Positions 9,577-19,702 of a DNA stretch of 64,000 nucleotides are shown piece after piece; the stretch's first letter is position 1, and each line of letters starts with the position of its first letter. The stretch covers positions 32,001 to 96,000 of the IMG/VR virus record IMGVR_UViG_3300008111_000005; one strand, given 5' to 3'. A program made the position numbers and the translations under genes. The notes under the pieces were generated by a model that did no database searches, was not told where the DNA came from, and was given only the letters and a program-made list of their open reading frames with translations. This DNA comes from a virus.

Positions 9577-10184
9577 AGATACATCTCCTTGACATAATCC
9601 CATACGATAATATTCATTGCGGCACTGACGTTGAACGACCTGAGGACTCCGCGTTGCGGAATACTGACTTTATAAAAATGTTCGTTGTTCACCACTACTT
9701 CTGGAAGTCCGTGACTTTCACTTCCGAACACAAACAACGGACGGTCTACTTCCTCTTTGTAGAGTTGCTTAGTCCGATATGAACCAATCTCTCGACCACC
9801 GTGTTCACAGAGTATCACACTATTCCATTTCAGCAAATACTCCAATCGTTCGTTGATTTCGGTATCCGCGTGTATCGGGTCATCAAACGTATACTGGACG
9901 ATATTAATATATTTCTCAGCCCCTACTGTGGACCGCTTATCGAATTTCTTTCGTCCAAAGATATAGAAGTTCTCTGCACCCAATAGACACGCAGACCGAA
10001 TCATCATTCCGATATTGAGTTCACCCGTAATATTGATACATCCCACGGAGAACCTACGTTGTTCACTAAGCGTTATAGCAACATTCTGTTCATAGGTATT
10101 GGTCTTGTATTCATCTCGAACATTAAAGTGATTACTCGCGGTATCTGCGATAATTTTACTATAATTGACCATTGGATTATCCAT
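9573..10184 (-). CDS. SpoU/TrmH-family (SPOUT) RNA methyltransferase
   Basis: NIGMMIRSA, FVFGSESHG, IPQRGVLRSFNVSAA. Confidence 0.88.
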   Translation of the reverse strand: MDNPMVNYSKIIADTASNHFNVRDEYKTNTYEQNVAITLSEQRRFSVGCINITGELNIGMMIRSACLLGAENFYIFGRKKFDKRSTVGAEKYINIVQYTFDDPIHADTEINERLEYLLKWNSVILCEHGGREIGSYRTKQLYKEEVDRPLFVFGSESHGLPEVVVNNEHFYKVSIPQRGVLRSFNVSAAMNIIVWDYVKEMYL

Positions 10185-11085
10185 TCAACACCTTTGCTTT
10201 TTTGATTTTGTAAAATGATTCAGAACAATACGTTTCCTTATCGTTATACACACAATACTTACAACTATCTTTACTTGGTGTCGCGGTAATCAAATCCGTA
10301 CGATAGTTTCCTTCACCATCAAAACACTCATTCAAGAACTTTTCAATATGTCCCCATGCACGGTTAACCGAAGGTTTTCCGTTAGACGGTTCGAAGGTGC
10401 TCACACGAGGAATGGGATATGGACTGTTCTCACTAATAATACGCTTGAGAATAATAAACTCCGTCCCAATCATTTCGAGTGGAGTATTAAACTTTTCAGA
10501 GATGAACTTCTTGTACAACAAAATCTGATTCAGTTTAATATGGTCACTCTTCTGTGCCTGCGTCCATCCAGACCGTGAGGTTTTCAAATCAATAATTGTA
10601 ACCTTGCCCGTCTTTTCATTCTTGGTAATGATATCCACATACCCAATAAAGGTCACACCAGGACGAACTTCCGTTTCAATAGGATATTCAATACCCGCAA
10701 GTACGGTGTCTTTTGACGGGAAAATCTTATTACGATGTTGCTGTACATACGACAGAATCTCACACCCTTGATTGTAAAACTCCATTAGGGTTTTCTTATC
10801 ACACAAGAATACTTTATTCCCGTTTGCATCAACCGTAGTGTTTTCTTGGAACAATGTAATGAACTTTGTTTTGAGGGGTTCACTGAGGTCCACACTCTTT
10901 GCAAGATTGTCCTTACCCGCATATACCGTAGTCTCCAACCATTCTTGGATAACTTCGTGCATGGCAGTACCGAACACGGTGTTAATTGATGCGTCATCAA
11001 ATCGGACACCATCAACGTACTTCAACTTCCACGAGAGTGGACAGTTTGCCCACAACGAATACTGCGAGTAGCTAATCTTATTCAT
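10177..11085 (-). CDS. PD-(D/E)XK nuclease, Cas4/RecB-like, with probable Fe-S staple
   Basis: ISYSQ...CP, FGTAMH, GYVD, IIDLKT, Q..LY, C-terminal CKYC...C. Confidence 0.85.
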   Translation of the reverse strand: MNKISYSQYSLWANCPLSWKLKYVDGVRFDDASINTVFGTAMHEVIQEWLETTVYAGKDNLAKSVDLSEPLKTKFITLFQENTTVDANGNKVFLCDKKTLMEFYNQGCEILSYVQQHRNKIFPSKDTVLAGIEYPIETEVRPGVTFIGYVDIITKNEKTGKVTIIDLKTSRSGWTQAQKSDHIKLNQILLYKKFISEKFNTPLEMIGTEFIILKRIISENSPYPIPRVSTFEPSNGKPSVNRAWGHIEKFLNECFDGEGNYRTDLITATPSKDSCKYCVYNDKETYCSESFYKIKKAKVLNG

Positions 11086-11324
11086 TCGATACCATCCAAG
11101 AGTTTCTGCATAGTTTTCTGTTCACGTTTATCGTAAGAGTTTACGGGCGTTTTATTGTTTGTGTGGTCTAGTATAACTTGTACAGCATCCTTCACCACTT
11201 GTAAATCATTCACTCGAAATTCAAGTGGTCCATGTCCTTCTAACTCAATAAGGATACTCATTTTACCTGTGAACTTCAAGTTAAGTTCTTTTTCTGATTT
11301 AGTTTTCTTCTTCGGCATCGTCAT
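11082..11324 (-). CDS. Hypothetical protein
   Basis: Start moved to MTMPKKK to avoid a long overlap. Confidence 0.55.
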   Translation of the reverse strand: MTMPKKKTKSEKELNLKFTGKMSILIELEGHGPLEFRVNDLQVVKDAVQVILDHTNNKTPVNSYDKREQKTMQKLLDGIE

Positions 11325-11652
11325 TTCCGTGTGTAAGGTCACCAGGTTTTGCGTGTTCAACACACGATGTATAATACCAACCTTTACCTCGTACTTCACC
11401 AGGTTTGCCGCAGGTTTCACAAATTTTAACACTTTCATATCCCACTTCACGAATTACTTGATCAAGTTCATCATTACCATAATCTGTGTAGATACGAAGT
11501 CCTCCAAACTTTTCCTTGACCTGTACAATCTTTACCGTACCTTTAATAGATTCCAGTACATCGTATACACGATTAATTAGGCCAGCCCACCCAGCACCAA
11601 CACTTGCAAGTGCATCTTCTCTGGTATATCCTTTATATTTCACAAATGACAT
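11299..11652 (-). CDS. Conserved phage protein (QVKEKFGGLR motif, C-terminal CETC)
   Basis: GAGG before ATG 11652; promoter immediately upstream. Confidence 0.75.
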   Translation of the reverse strand: MSFVKYKGYTREDALASVGAGWAGLINRVYDVLESIKGTVKIVQVKEKFGGLRIYTDYGNDELDQVIREVGYESVKICETCGKPGEVRGKGWYYTSCVEHAKPGDLTHGNDDAEEEN

Positions 11653-11679
11653 AGTTTCCTCGTGGGTAGATACATTTAA

Positions 11680-11708
11680 AATATAACAAAAAACCCACTC
11701 AAAGTCAA
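11680..11708 (-). promoter_or_regulatory. Sigma70-type promoter
   Basis: TTGACT-17 nt-TATATT with TG before the -10. Confidence 0.7.
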
Positions 11709-11715
11709 GTGGGTT
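11687..11715 (-). terminator. Intrinsic terminator overlapping the promoter
   Basis: AACCCACT-tgactttg-AGTGGGTT followed by a T run, right after the stop at 11714. Confidence 0.6.
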
Positions 11716-11941
11716 ATGCAATAATATCTATTTTTGAACCTATTGGAAATCTATTATATAACTCCTGTTCCAGTAATAATATATTATTATCTAAAAATTC
11801 TATGCTTGGTGGATTTTCAAAACCTTCGTATATTACGAAATCACCTTTACCAACACTTATGTGAAACATATTATTTTCTTGAAGTATAGAATACCAACAT
11901 CCAGTGTTAGTCGTTCCCTTTTTCTTCCCGTAATGTGTCAT
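11714..11941 (-). CDS. Hypothetical protein
   Basis: 75-aa ORF; start uncertain. Confidence 0.45.
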   Translation of the reverse strand: MTHYGKKKGTTNTGCWYSILQENNMFHISVGKGDFVIYEGFENPPSIEFLDNNILLLEQELYNRFPIGSKIDIIA

Positions 11942-12215
11942 ATAATCCCGTTAATTGTGATTCTTTGCTAAGTATGGCCAGTTTCCATCTTGCTTGGTCT
12001 TGGTTCCAATCACCAGTTAACCCAGGAAATAATTCCCAGAATAATCCAGAGGCAAGTAGTTCTGTGTATTCTTTATCAACATCATCATAACTTGCTGTGT
12101 GTGGGAGTCCACTATACTCACAGATGGGTGTACCGAAGGCACGTTCCCAGTTATTTGCGAATGTTTTTTGATCTACACTTAATGGTCTTGGGGAGTCACC
12201 TTTTCCATTACTCAT
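11907..12215 (-). CDS. Conserved phage hypothetical protein
   Basis: GKGDSPRP...F..NW..AFG N-terminal motif seen in small phage proteins. Confidence 0.7.
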   Translation of the reverse strand: MSNGKGDSPRPLSVDQKTFANNWERAFGTPICEYSGLPHTASYDDVDKEYTELLASGLFWELFPGLTGDWNQDQARWKLAILSKESQLTGLYDTLREEKGND

Positions 12216-12690
12216 AATAAAGTACCTCTACACCTGCTTCACTGAACATAATCATACTTCGTTTAATACTTTCTTCCCATATTGGGCCCTTTGCTCCATC
12301 TTGACTAAAATGCTCAATATAAATTTTCTTAATGCCGGCGTTTATAATTCCACGTGCACAATCTGCACACGGCATTCCACACGTAAGATACATTGTACAA
12401 CCTGTTGTAGATACACCAATTCGTGCTGCGTTGTATATCGCATTTCGTTCTGCGTGTTCAAACCAAAAATACTTCTCAGGACGTTCTTGCCGTTCAAGAA
12501 CATCATCGTTAATACCACGAGGAAACGAATTGTATCCAGTAGAAACAATTTCATTATCTTTACCAACAATCACCGCACCGATTTGTGTATACTTGTCTTT
12601 TGACTTTTGTTTTACATGCCCAGCAATTCCACGAAAATATCTGGCCCAACTCAGGTTAACCATTTTTATAATTTCCTCTGTTGTTGTCAT
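12208..12690 (-). CDS. dCMP deaminase
   Basis: STGYNSFPRG, HAERNAI, PCADC. Confidence 0.92.
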   Translation of the reverse strand: MTTTEEIIKMVNLSWARYFRGIAGHVKQKSKDKYTQIGAVIVGKDNEIVSTGYNSFPRGINDDVLERQERPEKYFWFEHAERNAIYNAARIGVSTTGCTMYLTCGMPCADCARGIINAGIKKIYIEHFSQDGAKGPIWEESIKRSMIMFSEAGVEVLYYE

Positions 12691-13166
12691 AGTTTAGCCT
12701 TCTTGATTACTTTTTCTTCCGTTCCGTACATTTGACACAACTTTCGTAATTCTTCTTTGTTGTGCTTGTAGTAGATTTCGAGGTAGTCTGTAGCTTCTGC
12801 TGCGCTAATGTCATAATGTTTCCTAACCAAGTCAACCATCCACGACTCATATACCGACTCCTTTTTACTCTTAATGTACTTATTAAACTGTCGCCCTTTC
12901 GGAATAACTCGGCTGAAGAAGGCGTAGTGTATATCATTTGGTAATGTGTATTTCTGCATCTCGTTCACGAACGGAGATTGATGCGGATTCATACTCAGAA
13001 ATTTATTGACCATATACACACTGTATGATTTCTTATCAGCATCGGACAATGTATCAAAATAGTCTGGATTCTGCCCAACATAAATTTGCTCTATGTGGTC
13101 AAACAGTCCCTTCGTTTTCGATTGATTCGTTTCCTTCGTCTGTGCTTGTTTCTTCTTCGGTGGCAT
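12687..13166 (-). CDS. Clamp-loader small subunit (T4 gp62-like)
   Basis: YMVNKFLSM...VNEMQ...PKGRQFNKYIK...A..YL pattern; near gp44/gp45-like genes. Confidence 0.7.
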   Translation of the reverse strand: MPPKKKQAQTKETNQSKTKGLFDHIEQIYVGQNPDYFDTLSDADKKSYSVYMVNKFLSMNPHQSPFVNEMQKYTLPNDIHYAFFSRVIPKGRQFNKYIKSKKESVYESWMVDLVRKHYDISAAEATDYLEIYYKHNKEELRKLCQMYGTEEKVIKKAKL

Positions 13167-13845
13167 TGGTTAGCTCTCGTTTAATTTCTTCTATTACATC
13201 ACGAAGTTTGTGGGCTTCAATGAAGGGTGTATAATCAATATACGTTGGATTTGAAATTTTGTCAACATCTTCTTGTGTAAAATCAATCCCCAAACGTTCA
13301 TTTAACTCTGGTAGATATTCCGTAGATGGTTTCTGCATCATTTCGTGGTCAACCATACTAACGTGTAATCCAGACTTTAATAAATGTGGTTTAATTACAT
13401 CGTAATAATATAGAATAGTTTCCAAAATATACTTTAATAAACTTCTGTCAAGTGGAATATTTTCGGGTGTTTCCAATTGCTCAGTTAAAAACTCTACCAG
13501 TGCTGCGTGTTCACCATTACCATTTTCCTGTGCATACGACAATAGTAACCAACTTGCAGCTTGTTGCGTGATATCCAATCTTTCGGCCAAAACAATTCTA
13601 TCAAATGCATGCCACGGAAATGTCTGGTAATCTAATATATTTTTATAACTTGTCAATGTGGTACTGGTAATCTTAACAGAAAAATCATCCGTGTTCGTCA
13701 TCATGTCTAATTTTTCTTCCACGGATTTTACAATCGGACCTTCGGAAAACAATTCCGAATAATCTGTTAAATTAAACTTTGTAGAGAAAAGTGTTCCCAA
13801 CATACTTGAACACGTACGTGGGGTCGAAACAATAGCTACTCTCAT
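13099..13845 (-). CDS. Sulfotransferase-like protein
   Basis: N-terminal IVSTPRTCSS resembles the PAPS-binding loop; later R.DI..QAAS motif. Confidence 0.55.
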   Translation of the reverse strand: MRVAIVSTPRTCSSMLGTLFSTKFNLTDYSELFSEGPIVKSVEEKLDMMTNTDDFSVKITSTTLTSYKNILDYQTFPWHAFDRIVLAERLDITQQAASWLLLSYAQENGNGEHAALVEFLTEQLETPENIPLDRSLLKYILETILYYYDVIKPHLLKSGLHVSMVDHEMMQKPSTEYLPELNERLGIDFTQEDVDKISNPTYIDYTPFIEAHKLRDVIEEIKRELTNATEEETSTDEGNESIENEGTV

Positions 13846-14669
13846 ACATTCTCCTTCAATTCTACTTTCTGAGGTTTCCACCCATTATCTACACCTTGAA
13901 TAACTTCGATGTTTTCCACAACTCCATCGGTAACAGTGACCTTTTGAATCAACTGTACGTATTCTTTAATATCGTTATATGGTATGACTGGAATTTTTAA
14001 GTTTTTCATCATACGCTTCTTTTCCTTCTTGTCACAGAGAAAATAAATATACCGATGTTTGGCTGTTTCCTCTTTTCTCCAAAACGTACGACCAATTCGT
14101 TTTGCTAGATTCTCCACGGATTTATTACCAAACTTTGCCCCCACTGTTCGTGAGTGCATCCACAATCCTCCTTCCTCTAAGAGAAGTGAGAAATCAGGCA
14201 TCAACTTGGAATATCCACATCCCTGATATATCCAATTCGTTGCTCGGTAAATACCACCCGTGTGTGATTGTTCTGGGTCTGCGTAACTGACCAATACTTT
14301 TACTCGTGAATCATTATCTCTCATCCAGTGGAAGGATTGTGCAATAGAATAACTTTCAATATTCTTTCCATACCCATCAAGAATAACCAATCTGGTGAGT
14401 TCTAATACTTCGTCTAGTTCTAATCCGTCTACAATACTATCAACCGTTCTATTACTTACAGGATGCCCATAAGTCATACAACCAATCAACTGTTCGTTTT
14501 CACCGGCAAAGAACATATGTTCAGTTTCCTCACGATAAAAAATCCCTAGGGCATATCGTGTGGAACTGAACTTATGTGTGTAATGATGCTTTTCGATAAA
14601 ATCCCGTGCCACAGCTTTACTAATTTCTCTAACTGAGACACGGGACTTATCAACAAACGTTTGTTCCAT
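13842..14669 (-). CDS. Mom-like (GNAT-fold) DNA-modification protein
   Basis: FIEKHHY, ELTRL, VSYADPEQSHTGGIYRATNW, KHRY. Confidence 0.75.
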   Translation of the reverse strand: MEQTFVDKSRVSVREISKAVARDFIEKHHYTHKFSSTRYALGIFYREETEHMFFAGENEQLIGCMTYGHPVSNRTVDSIVDGLELDEVLELTRLVILDGYGKNIESYSIAQSFHWMRDNDSRVKVLVSYADPEQSHTGGIYRATNWIYQGCGYSKLMPDFSLLLEEGGLWMHSRTVGAKFGNKSVENLAKRIGRTFWRKEETAKHRYIYFLCDKKEKKRMMKNLKIPVIPYNDIKEYVQLIQKVTVTDGVVENIEVIQGVDNGWKPQKVELKENV

Positions 14670-14672
14670 ATA

Positions 14673-15260
14673 TTACTTGATGTCCTGTACCTTATCACAG
14701 ATTTTATATTTCAACGCTTCCTGCGGAGCTAACCACACATCCTGCGGTGGAAGAAGTCGTTCACGAACAACCTTTTCTGCCAATCCAGTACACTTCTTGT
14801 AATGATTAATCATACGAATCGTAGTCAACTCAAACTCACGCATCGTTGCGATGAGTTCGTGCTCCTTACCTACCTGTCCCCACGACCACTGATGTGAGAG
14901 AATACTCGTATTCGGCGTAATGATACGATGTCCCTTCTCACCAGAAATGAATGTTAACAACCCAGCCGATGCGATACATCCAAGACCAATCGTACGAACA
15001 GGGATTGCACTACCTCGCATTACGTCAATAATAGCGAATGCAGCTGACAAGTCACCACCATAACTGGTAATCATCAATGTAAGATGGTCATGCTTCTTAC
15101 TTTTCTGAATGTTTGAATCTAGTATCCACGTAACGACATCTTTTGCTACATTGGTATTAAACTCATCACACAAGTAATAAATTCCAGCATCTCGCATAGT
15201 TGTTACTGGTGCTGCTGGTGCCGATACAATTGGTGCTACTGCGTTAGTAGTTTTTGACAT
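14673..15260 (-). CDS. clpP: ClpP-family protease subunit
   Basis: SYGGD, GLGCIASAG (catalytic Ser), SHQ (His), DVWL..QEAL. Confidence 0.85.
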   Translation of the reverse strand: MSKTTNAVAPIVSAPAAPVTTMRDAGIYYLCDEFNTNVAKDVVTWILDSNIQKSKKHDHLTLMITSYGGDLSAAFAIIDVMRGSAIPVRTIGLGCIASAGLLTFISGEKGHRIITPNTSILSHQWSWGQVGKEHELIATMREFELTTIRMINHYKKCTGLAEKVVRERLLPPQDVWLAPQEALKYKICDKVQDIK

Positions 15261-15261
15261 A

Positions 15262-15579
15262 TTACTTCTCTAAAATGAGTGAGGGCTTGCTCGGAGCCTT
15301 TTCCACTTCGGTTGCTGCTTCCTCTTCCATTCCCTTGGGAATTACAGGAAGAAATGACTTATTAATATGACCACATGCATTACACGAAAAGGTAGGAATG
15401 GGTACAATTGCTTCCTTACCAGTTGGTGAAATAAGTGCAGACATCCGCTTCATCAACATCACTTGTTCAAAGGTGTAATTACCACAACGTTCACAGGAAA
15501 CATCGTCTGCCTTTGACAAATCCACATTCAACTGCGGCTGTTGCGGTGGTGGTCCACCAAATCGGTTATTCTTTGACAT
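15262..15579 (-). CDS. Zn-ribbon hypothetical protein
   Basis: CERC ... CNAC. Confidence 0.7.
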   Translation of the reverse strand: MSKNNRFGGPPPQQPQLNVDLSKADDVSCERCGNYTFEQVMLMKRMSALISPTGKEAIVPIPTFSCNACGHINKSFLPVIPKGMEEEAATEVEKAPSKPSLILEK

Positions 15580-15585
15580 AATTCC

Positions 15586-16500
15586 TCAACCATTTAAAAT
15601 GTTATACAACGCTGCTACAAAATTAATTTCCTTATCTACTACAAAACTATCACGATACTGTCCCTCTGCGATTTCTCGGATAGTATGTGGTACTTTTGCC
15701 GGTGCGTAATCAGTTACCTTATCAAAGAGTAATCTATACAGTTCAGCAAAATCCTTTACATTACTATCTGCCACAATCTGTCTTATTTCATTAACCTTAT
15801 CTTTCAATGGAAGATTACTCATCAAGACATCTAACACCTTCAACTTGTAATCCCCAGCGATTACTTCCTCAACGTTGAGTTCCAGTCTACCGCCACTTGT
15901 TTGATTTTGCGAAGTATTAATAATCCGGCGAATGTCTGGGTAATATGCGTTAACCAGGGTTGCGATAACAGACTTATCAAATCCAACATGTTCCTTCTCC
16001 AAAATTTTCATTAAGTGAACTGCCACCTCTTTTTTAGATGGTGGGGTCAACTTGAATACTTGTGCTCTACTAATCAGAGGATCAATAATACGTTCCACAT
16101 AATTACAGGTCAAGATGAAACGAGTATTCTTACTGAACACTTCCATCAAGTTACGAAGTGCTGCCTGTGCCTGTGGGGTAATGTAATCCGCCTCGTCGAG
16201 TACGATAATCTTCAAGGGTTTAAAACTCATTGTTGCTGCGAAGTTCTTAATCTTAGTACGAATCGTATCTACGGAGTTTTCATCCGATGCATTGATAAAC
16301 AAGTAATCACAATCAATATTCTTGACCAGAATCTTTGCTGCGGTAGTCTTACCAGTACCAGCTGTACCGCAGAAGAGTAGATGCGGTACATCTTGCTCTG
16401 CGATAAATTGAGTTAATTTGTTCTTTACGTGTTCGTTACCAATGTAATTCTCCAACGTATCAGGCCGGTAGCGTTCTGCCCAGATTGTATTATCAATCAT
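15586..16500 (-). CDS. Clamp-loader AAA+ subunit (T4 gp44/RFC-small-like)
   Basis: WAERYRP, GTAGTGKTT, NASD, LDEAD, AQAALR, SR, DIRR. Confidence 0.93.
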   Translation of the reverse strand: MIDNTIWAERYRPDTLENYIGNEHVKNKLTQFIAEQDVPHLLFCGTAGTGKTTAAKILVKNIDCDYLFINASDENSVDTIRTKIKNFAATMSFKPLKIIVLDEADYITPQAQAALRNLMEVFSKNTRFILTCNYVERIIDPLISRAQVFKLTPPSKKEVAVHLMKILEKEHVGFDKSVIATLVNAYYPDIRRIINTSQNQTSGGRLELNVEEVIAGDYKLKVLDVLMSNLPLKDKVNEIRQIVADSNVKDFAELYRLLFDKVTDYAPAKVPHTIREIAEGQYRDSFVVDKEINFVAALYNILNG

Positions 16501-17936
16501 TATCTTCCAACCTCATTCAAGTAAGTGTTCTTGGTTTCATCCCAAGTCATCTGAACCATTTTACGATAATATAATGTTTCACCATTTAAACGGTTATTAT
16601 CAAATAGATTCAAATATCTTTTGATTGCTTTATCTCTCCACCATAACATAACACTCTCAACATCATTTGTCAACTTCTGTGATAATATTAGTTTATCTTC
16701 GTTGATTTCTCCACGAAGAAATTCACGAGTATTTTCATAGACAGGTGCGAAGTATACACCACGTTGAAAACCATGCTCATAATCACTTGCTTTAATACCT
16801 AATATCTTAAACAACAATAACATCGTCTGTTGCTTTGGTCCCGTTGGTGGGAATTTGTGTCGTGATTTTTTATCGTATACTTCACCAGATGTATGAACAG
16901 AATAATTGTCTGCTTCTAATTTAGCAATCAATTCTTCTTTGGTGGTTGCAGTGATACGGATAAACTCGTCCGCACATACCCATTCTTCACCTTCTTGTGT
17001 AATATCTGCGACATACGGAATTGTTGCTTTATCAAATCCTTCCGAATGATTAACTTTTAGATAGTTTGCCCACTCTTGGAAAATATCATCGTCTGGTTTC
17101 AATGCAATCTTACCGGCGGTAACTCCTAATTCTTTCCAGAATGGAATTCGTTGGTACATACTGTGTGAACCATACAACGATGTGGTGGTTAATCCCACAA
17201 GGATGTTTCCAAATTTAGAATTCCAGTAATCACGGACAGACTTCGTTGCCAACAACGATGCAACCAATTTACCACCAAGGAAATTATACCCAAACGGTTG
17301 TGTTGGTACGATGGTGGTTCCGATTGATGTTGAGTTGAGTAATCCATCTTCAAATTTATTCTCCTTAGTCCATCCAATCCATTTATCACGAACACCAACA
17401 GAGGCAACATCAGAACCCAATGCACAAACGCCAAGGTACTTACCAGAGTTCTTGTCACGAATAAGAATACGAACAAGACGACCTGGATTTGCCGTAAACT
17501 CAAACGTAGAACACATAACACGAAGATATTTCCAATCACTAAATAACGAAGTATTATCGGGTTCAACAATAACAACTTCTGGATCTAATTTATTGATTTC
17601 TTCAACAGTTAAATCTTTGTTGAGAATATCTGTTGGCCGCCATATTTTGGCTTCAACAATTTGTGCAAGCTGAATATCTTTTGTATTATTAAAATCCGTT
17701 GTTAGTTCTTTCCACTTCTTATACAACGTATTTTCTTGCACCGATTGATTTTTCAACATACCCATATGTTGAACAAACTTATTTTTTTCTACATCAAAAT
17801 CAAACGATGTACCTTCACCACTGAAAAAATCAGTGGCACTGGTGTTCAAGACAACACCACCCTTCGGCGGTTTCTTCGCAGAAGGGGGTGTATACTGTGC
17901 TTGCTTTGGAGTATCGTTGAACTCAAAGAATGACAT
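16500..17936 (-). CDS. DUF4338/DruA-like protein
   Basis: PGR, VRD.WIGW, PTQPFGYNFLGGKL, TTTSLYG..S.Y.R. Confidence 0.65.
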   Translation of the reverse strand: MSFFEFNDTPKQAQYTPPSAKKPPKGGVVLNTSATDFFSGEGTSFDFDVEKNKFVQHMGMLKNQSVQENTLYKKWKELTTDFNNTKDIQLAQIVEAKIWRPTDILNKDLTVEEINKLDPEVVIVEPDNTSLFSDWKYLRVMCSTFEFTANPGRLVRILIRDKNSGKYLGVCALGSDVASVGVRDKWIGWTKENKFEDGLLNSTSIGTTIVPTQPFGYNFLGGKLVASLLATKSVRDYWNSKFGNILVGLTTTSLYGSHSMYQRIPFWKELGVTAGKIALKPDDDIFQEWANYLKVNHSEGFDKATIPYVADITQEGEEWVCADEFIRITATTKEELIAKLEADNYSVHTSGEVYDKKSRHKFPPTGPKQQTMLLLFKILGIKASDYEHGFQRGVYFAPVYENTREFLRGEINEDKLILSQKLTNDVESVMLWWRDKAIKRYLNLFDNNRLNGETLYYRKMVQMTWDETKNTYLNEVGR

Positions 17937-18655
17937 TAGGAAGCTGTCTGAATCTGAACGAGGTAGTAGTCGGTGTTGTAATCAGTGACACCAAACTTGA
18001 CATATGCCAATCCCTTACTACTAACCTTCAAGACACCACTAGCTGCTTCCTTATTGGCAGCGATGATTTCCTTGAAGTATCGTGCAGAGAAATTGATGGG
18101 AGTAATCTTTGCATTCTTTGTAGTTTCTACATCAAGAGTGATACGATTGGTATTCATATCAGAATATCCAAGAACAATCTGTGCAGAATCACCATCACTA
18201 AGGACGGTAAAAGTTTCTACATCGGACAATGCACCACGAGCCTTCAAGAAGGTATTCATCACCTTCTGGTCCAGCTTGATTTCAATATCAAATGCGGGGA
18301 GTTGCTTCAAATCAGGCGCAGCGGGGATAACTGCGGAATCCGCCAATACGTAATCAACCTTTGCGTTACTATCGGTGAGGTGGATAGCAGAAACTCTATC
18401 ACCGACCTTCTTAGTGGTAATCGTAACAGCTTCACCAAGAACTGATAGCATTGATGACAACTGCTTAGTATCAAAGATACCATAGTCACCTTCGTCCAGC
18501 TTGGCGTCCTTAACCGTGACGATACCAAGTACATTCTTGTCGTCGGAAATACACTTTACGGTGATATCATTACCGTCCGACTTCCACAACACACTTTCAC
18601 AAGAACCACCAAGAGAATACTTACTAATGAACTTTTCTAACTTTGTCTTTTCCAT
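17936..18655 (-). CDS. Sliding clamp (T4 gp45-like)
   Basis: About 239 aa; GIFD..QL..L; C-terminal LKVSSKGL....F...YYL; adjacent to clamp loader. Confidence 0.75.
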   Translation of the reverse strand: MEKTKLEKFISKYSLGGSCESVLWKSDGNDITVKCISDDKNVLGIVTVKDAKLDEGDYGIFDTKQLSSMLSVLGEAVTITTKKVGDRVSAIHLTDSNAKVDYVLADSAVIPAAPDLKQLPAFDIEIKLDQKVMNTFLKARGALSDVETFTVLSDGDSAQIVLGYSDMNTNRITLDVETTKNAKITPINFSARYFKEIIAANKEAASGVLKVSSKGLAYVKFGVTDYNTDYYLVQIQTAS

Positions 18656-18674
18656 AACCGTTAACCTCTGTTGT

Positions 18675-19343
18675 TTAATTAAAACCAAACCAATCACCGT
18701 AATGTGATGGGCGTACCGTACCAAAATCTGCACTTATACTTGCTGACAATCGTTTACTTCTTGGAATACACTTATGATACCTTCTGTATGGAATATACAA
18801 CACATCCCCAGGATGTAAAGTGTACACCAAATCTTTTTTTAATAAATCATCATTTAAACAAATAACTTCATTTGGATTTCCGTTCCAAGTTTCTGCGTAT
18901 ACTGTCCAATCGGAAATTCCATCTAATTGTAATATTAACACATATTGGGAATCTGCGTGTGCGTGGAATGACTTGGAAGTATTTTTCAATCCACCGTAAA
19001 TATTTGTACTGACATATCTATTTTGTATCTGTGAAAATATATTTGATGCGTAGAATAGTCCTTTGGTATACCGTTCCATTGCATTTAATATAAATGATTT
19101 ACCATCATAAATTTCAGAAGCTATAGTTTTAGTAGGTGTACTACTTGTTTCTGTACTTCTGTATGTTTCTATTTTTGATTTATTATCACCAATAATAACA
19201 ATATCGGAATTGTGGTAATTATCATTTATATAACTTTCTACATTACTCCACGTAAATATAGATTTGGGTGTACAAGAATTGGTAAGAACAAATGTACGTT
19301 CTTTATCTTCAATAATTTTTTCAAAAACTACATCGTTTACCAT
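18675..19343 (-). CDS. JmjC/cupin 2OG-Fe(II) oxygenase
   Basis: SFHAHAD (HxD), LQLDG..W, LHPGDVLYIP...H. Confidence 0.8.
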   Translation of the reverse strand: MVNDVVFEKIIEDKERTFVLTNSCTPKSIFTWSNVESYINDNYHNSDIVIIGDNKSKIETYRSTETSSTPTKTIASEIYDGKSFILNAMERYTKGLFYASNIFSQIQNRYVSTNIYGGLKNTSKSFHAHADSQYVLILQLDGISDWTVYAETWNGNPNEVICLNDDLLKKDLVYTLHPGDVLYIPYRRYHKCIPRSKRLSASISADFGTVRPSHYGDWFGFN

Positions 19344-19699
19344 CTATCCCACTCCCGCATCCACAATCTGTCAAGTTTACCATAACTAAATCGTGCGAAG
19401 TAATCGTATTTTTTCCCGTCTATCGGAATACCATTGTAAAATCTAATATCACCGTGCAAATCTGTCAAGTAGTCCCTGCGATAAGTACCTTCTACTTTTT
19501 TTAAATATCCTTTTACAATAGGTCGTGTTTCATCGTCTACCCATTCATAATCCCACTTCTCACAATATATCTGACCCTTTGCAGTAATAACATATTGTTC
19601 CATAACATTATCAAATGATTTTGTTTGGAATTCTTCGTTAGTAATAAAGGAATATCCCGGTAATTGTATTTCACATTTTATATAATCAAACATTCCCAT
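19337..19699 (-). CDS. Conserved phage hypothetical protein
   Basis: MGMFDYI...FQTK motif. Confidence 0.7.
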   Translation of the reverse strand: MGMFDYIKCEIQLPGYSFITNEEFQTKSFDNVMEQYVITAKGQIYCEKWDYEWVDDETRPIVKGYLKKVEGTYRRDYLTDLHGDIRFYNGIPIDGKKYDYFARFSYGKLDRLWMREWDRW

Positions 19700-19702
19700 A
19701 CT

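Noticed and set aside
12130-12165. NWERAF resembles the xenorceptide core
   Set aside because: Part of a common small phage protein motif, far from the rSAM and mid-protein; treated as coincidence.
16500-17936. Druantia defence system
   Set aside because: Only a lone DruA-like gene; no DruE helicase or partner genes, and it sits in a phage replication operon.
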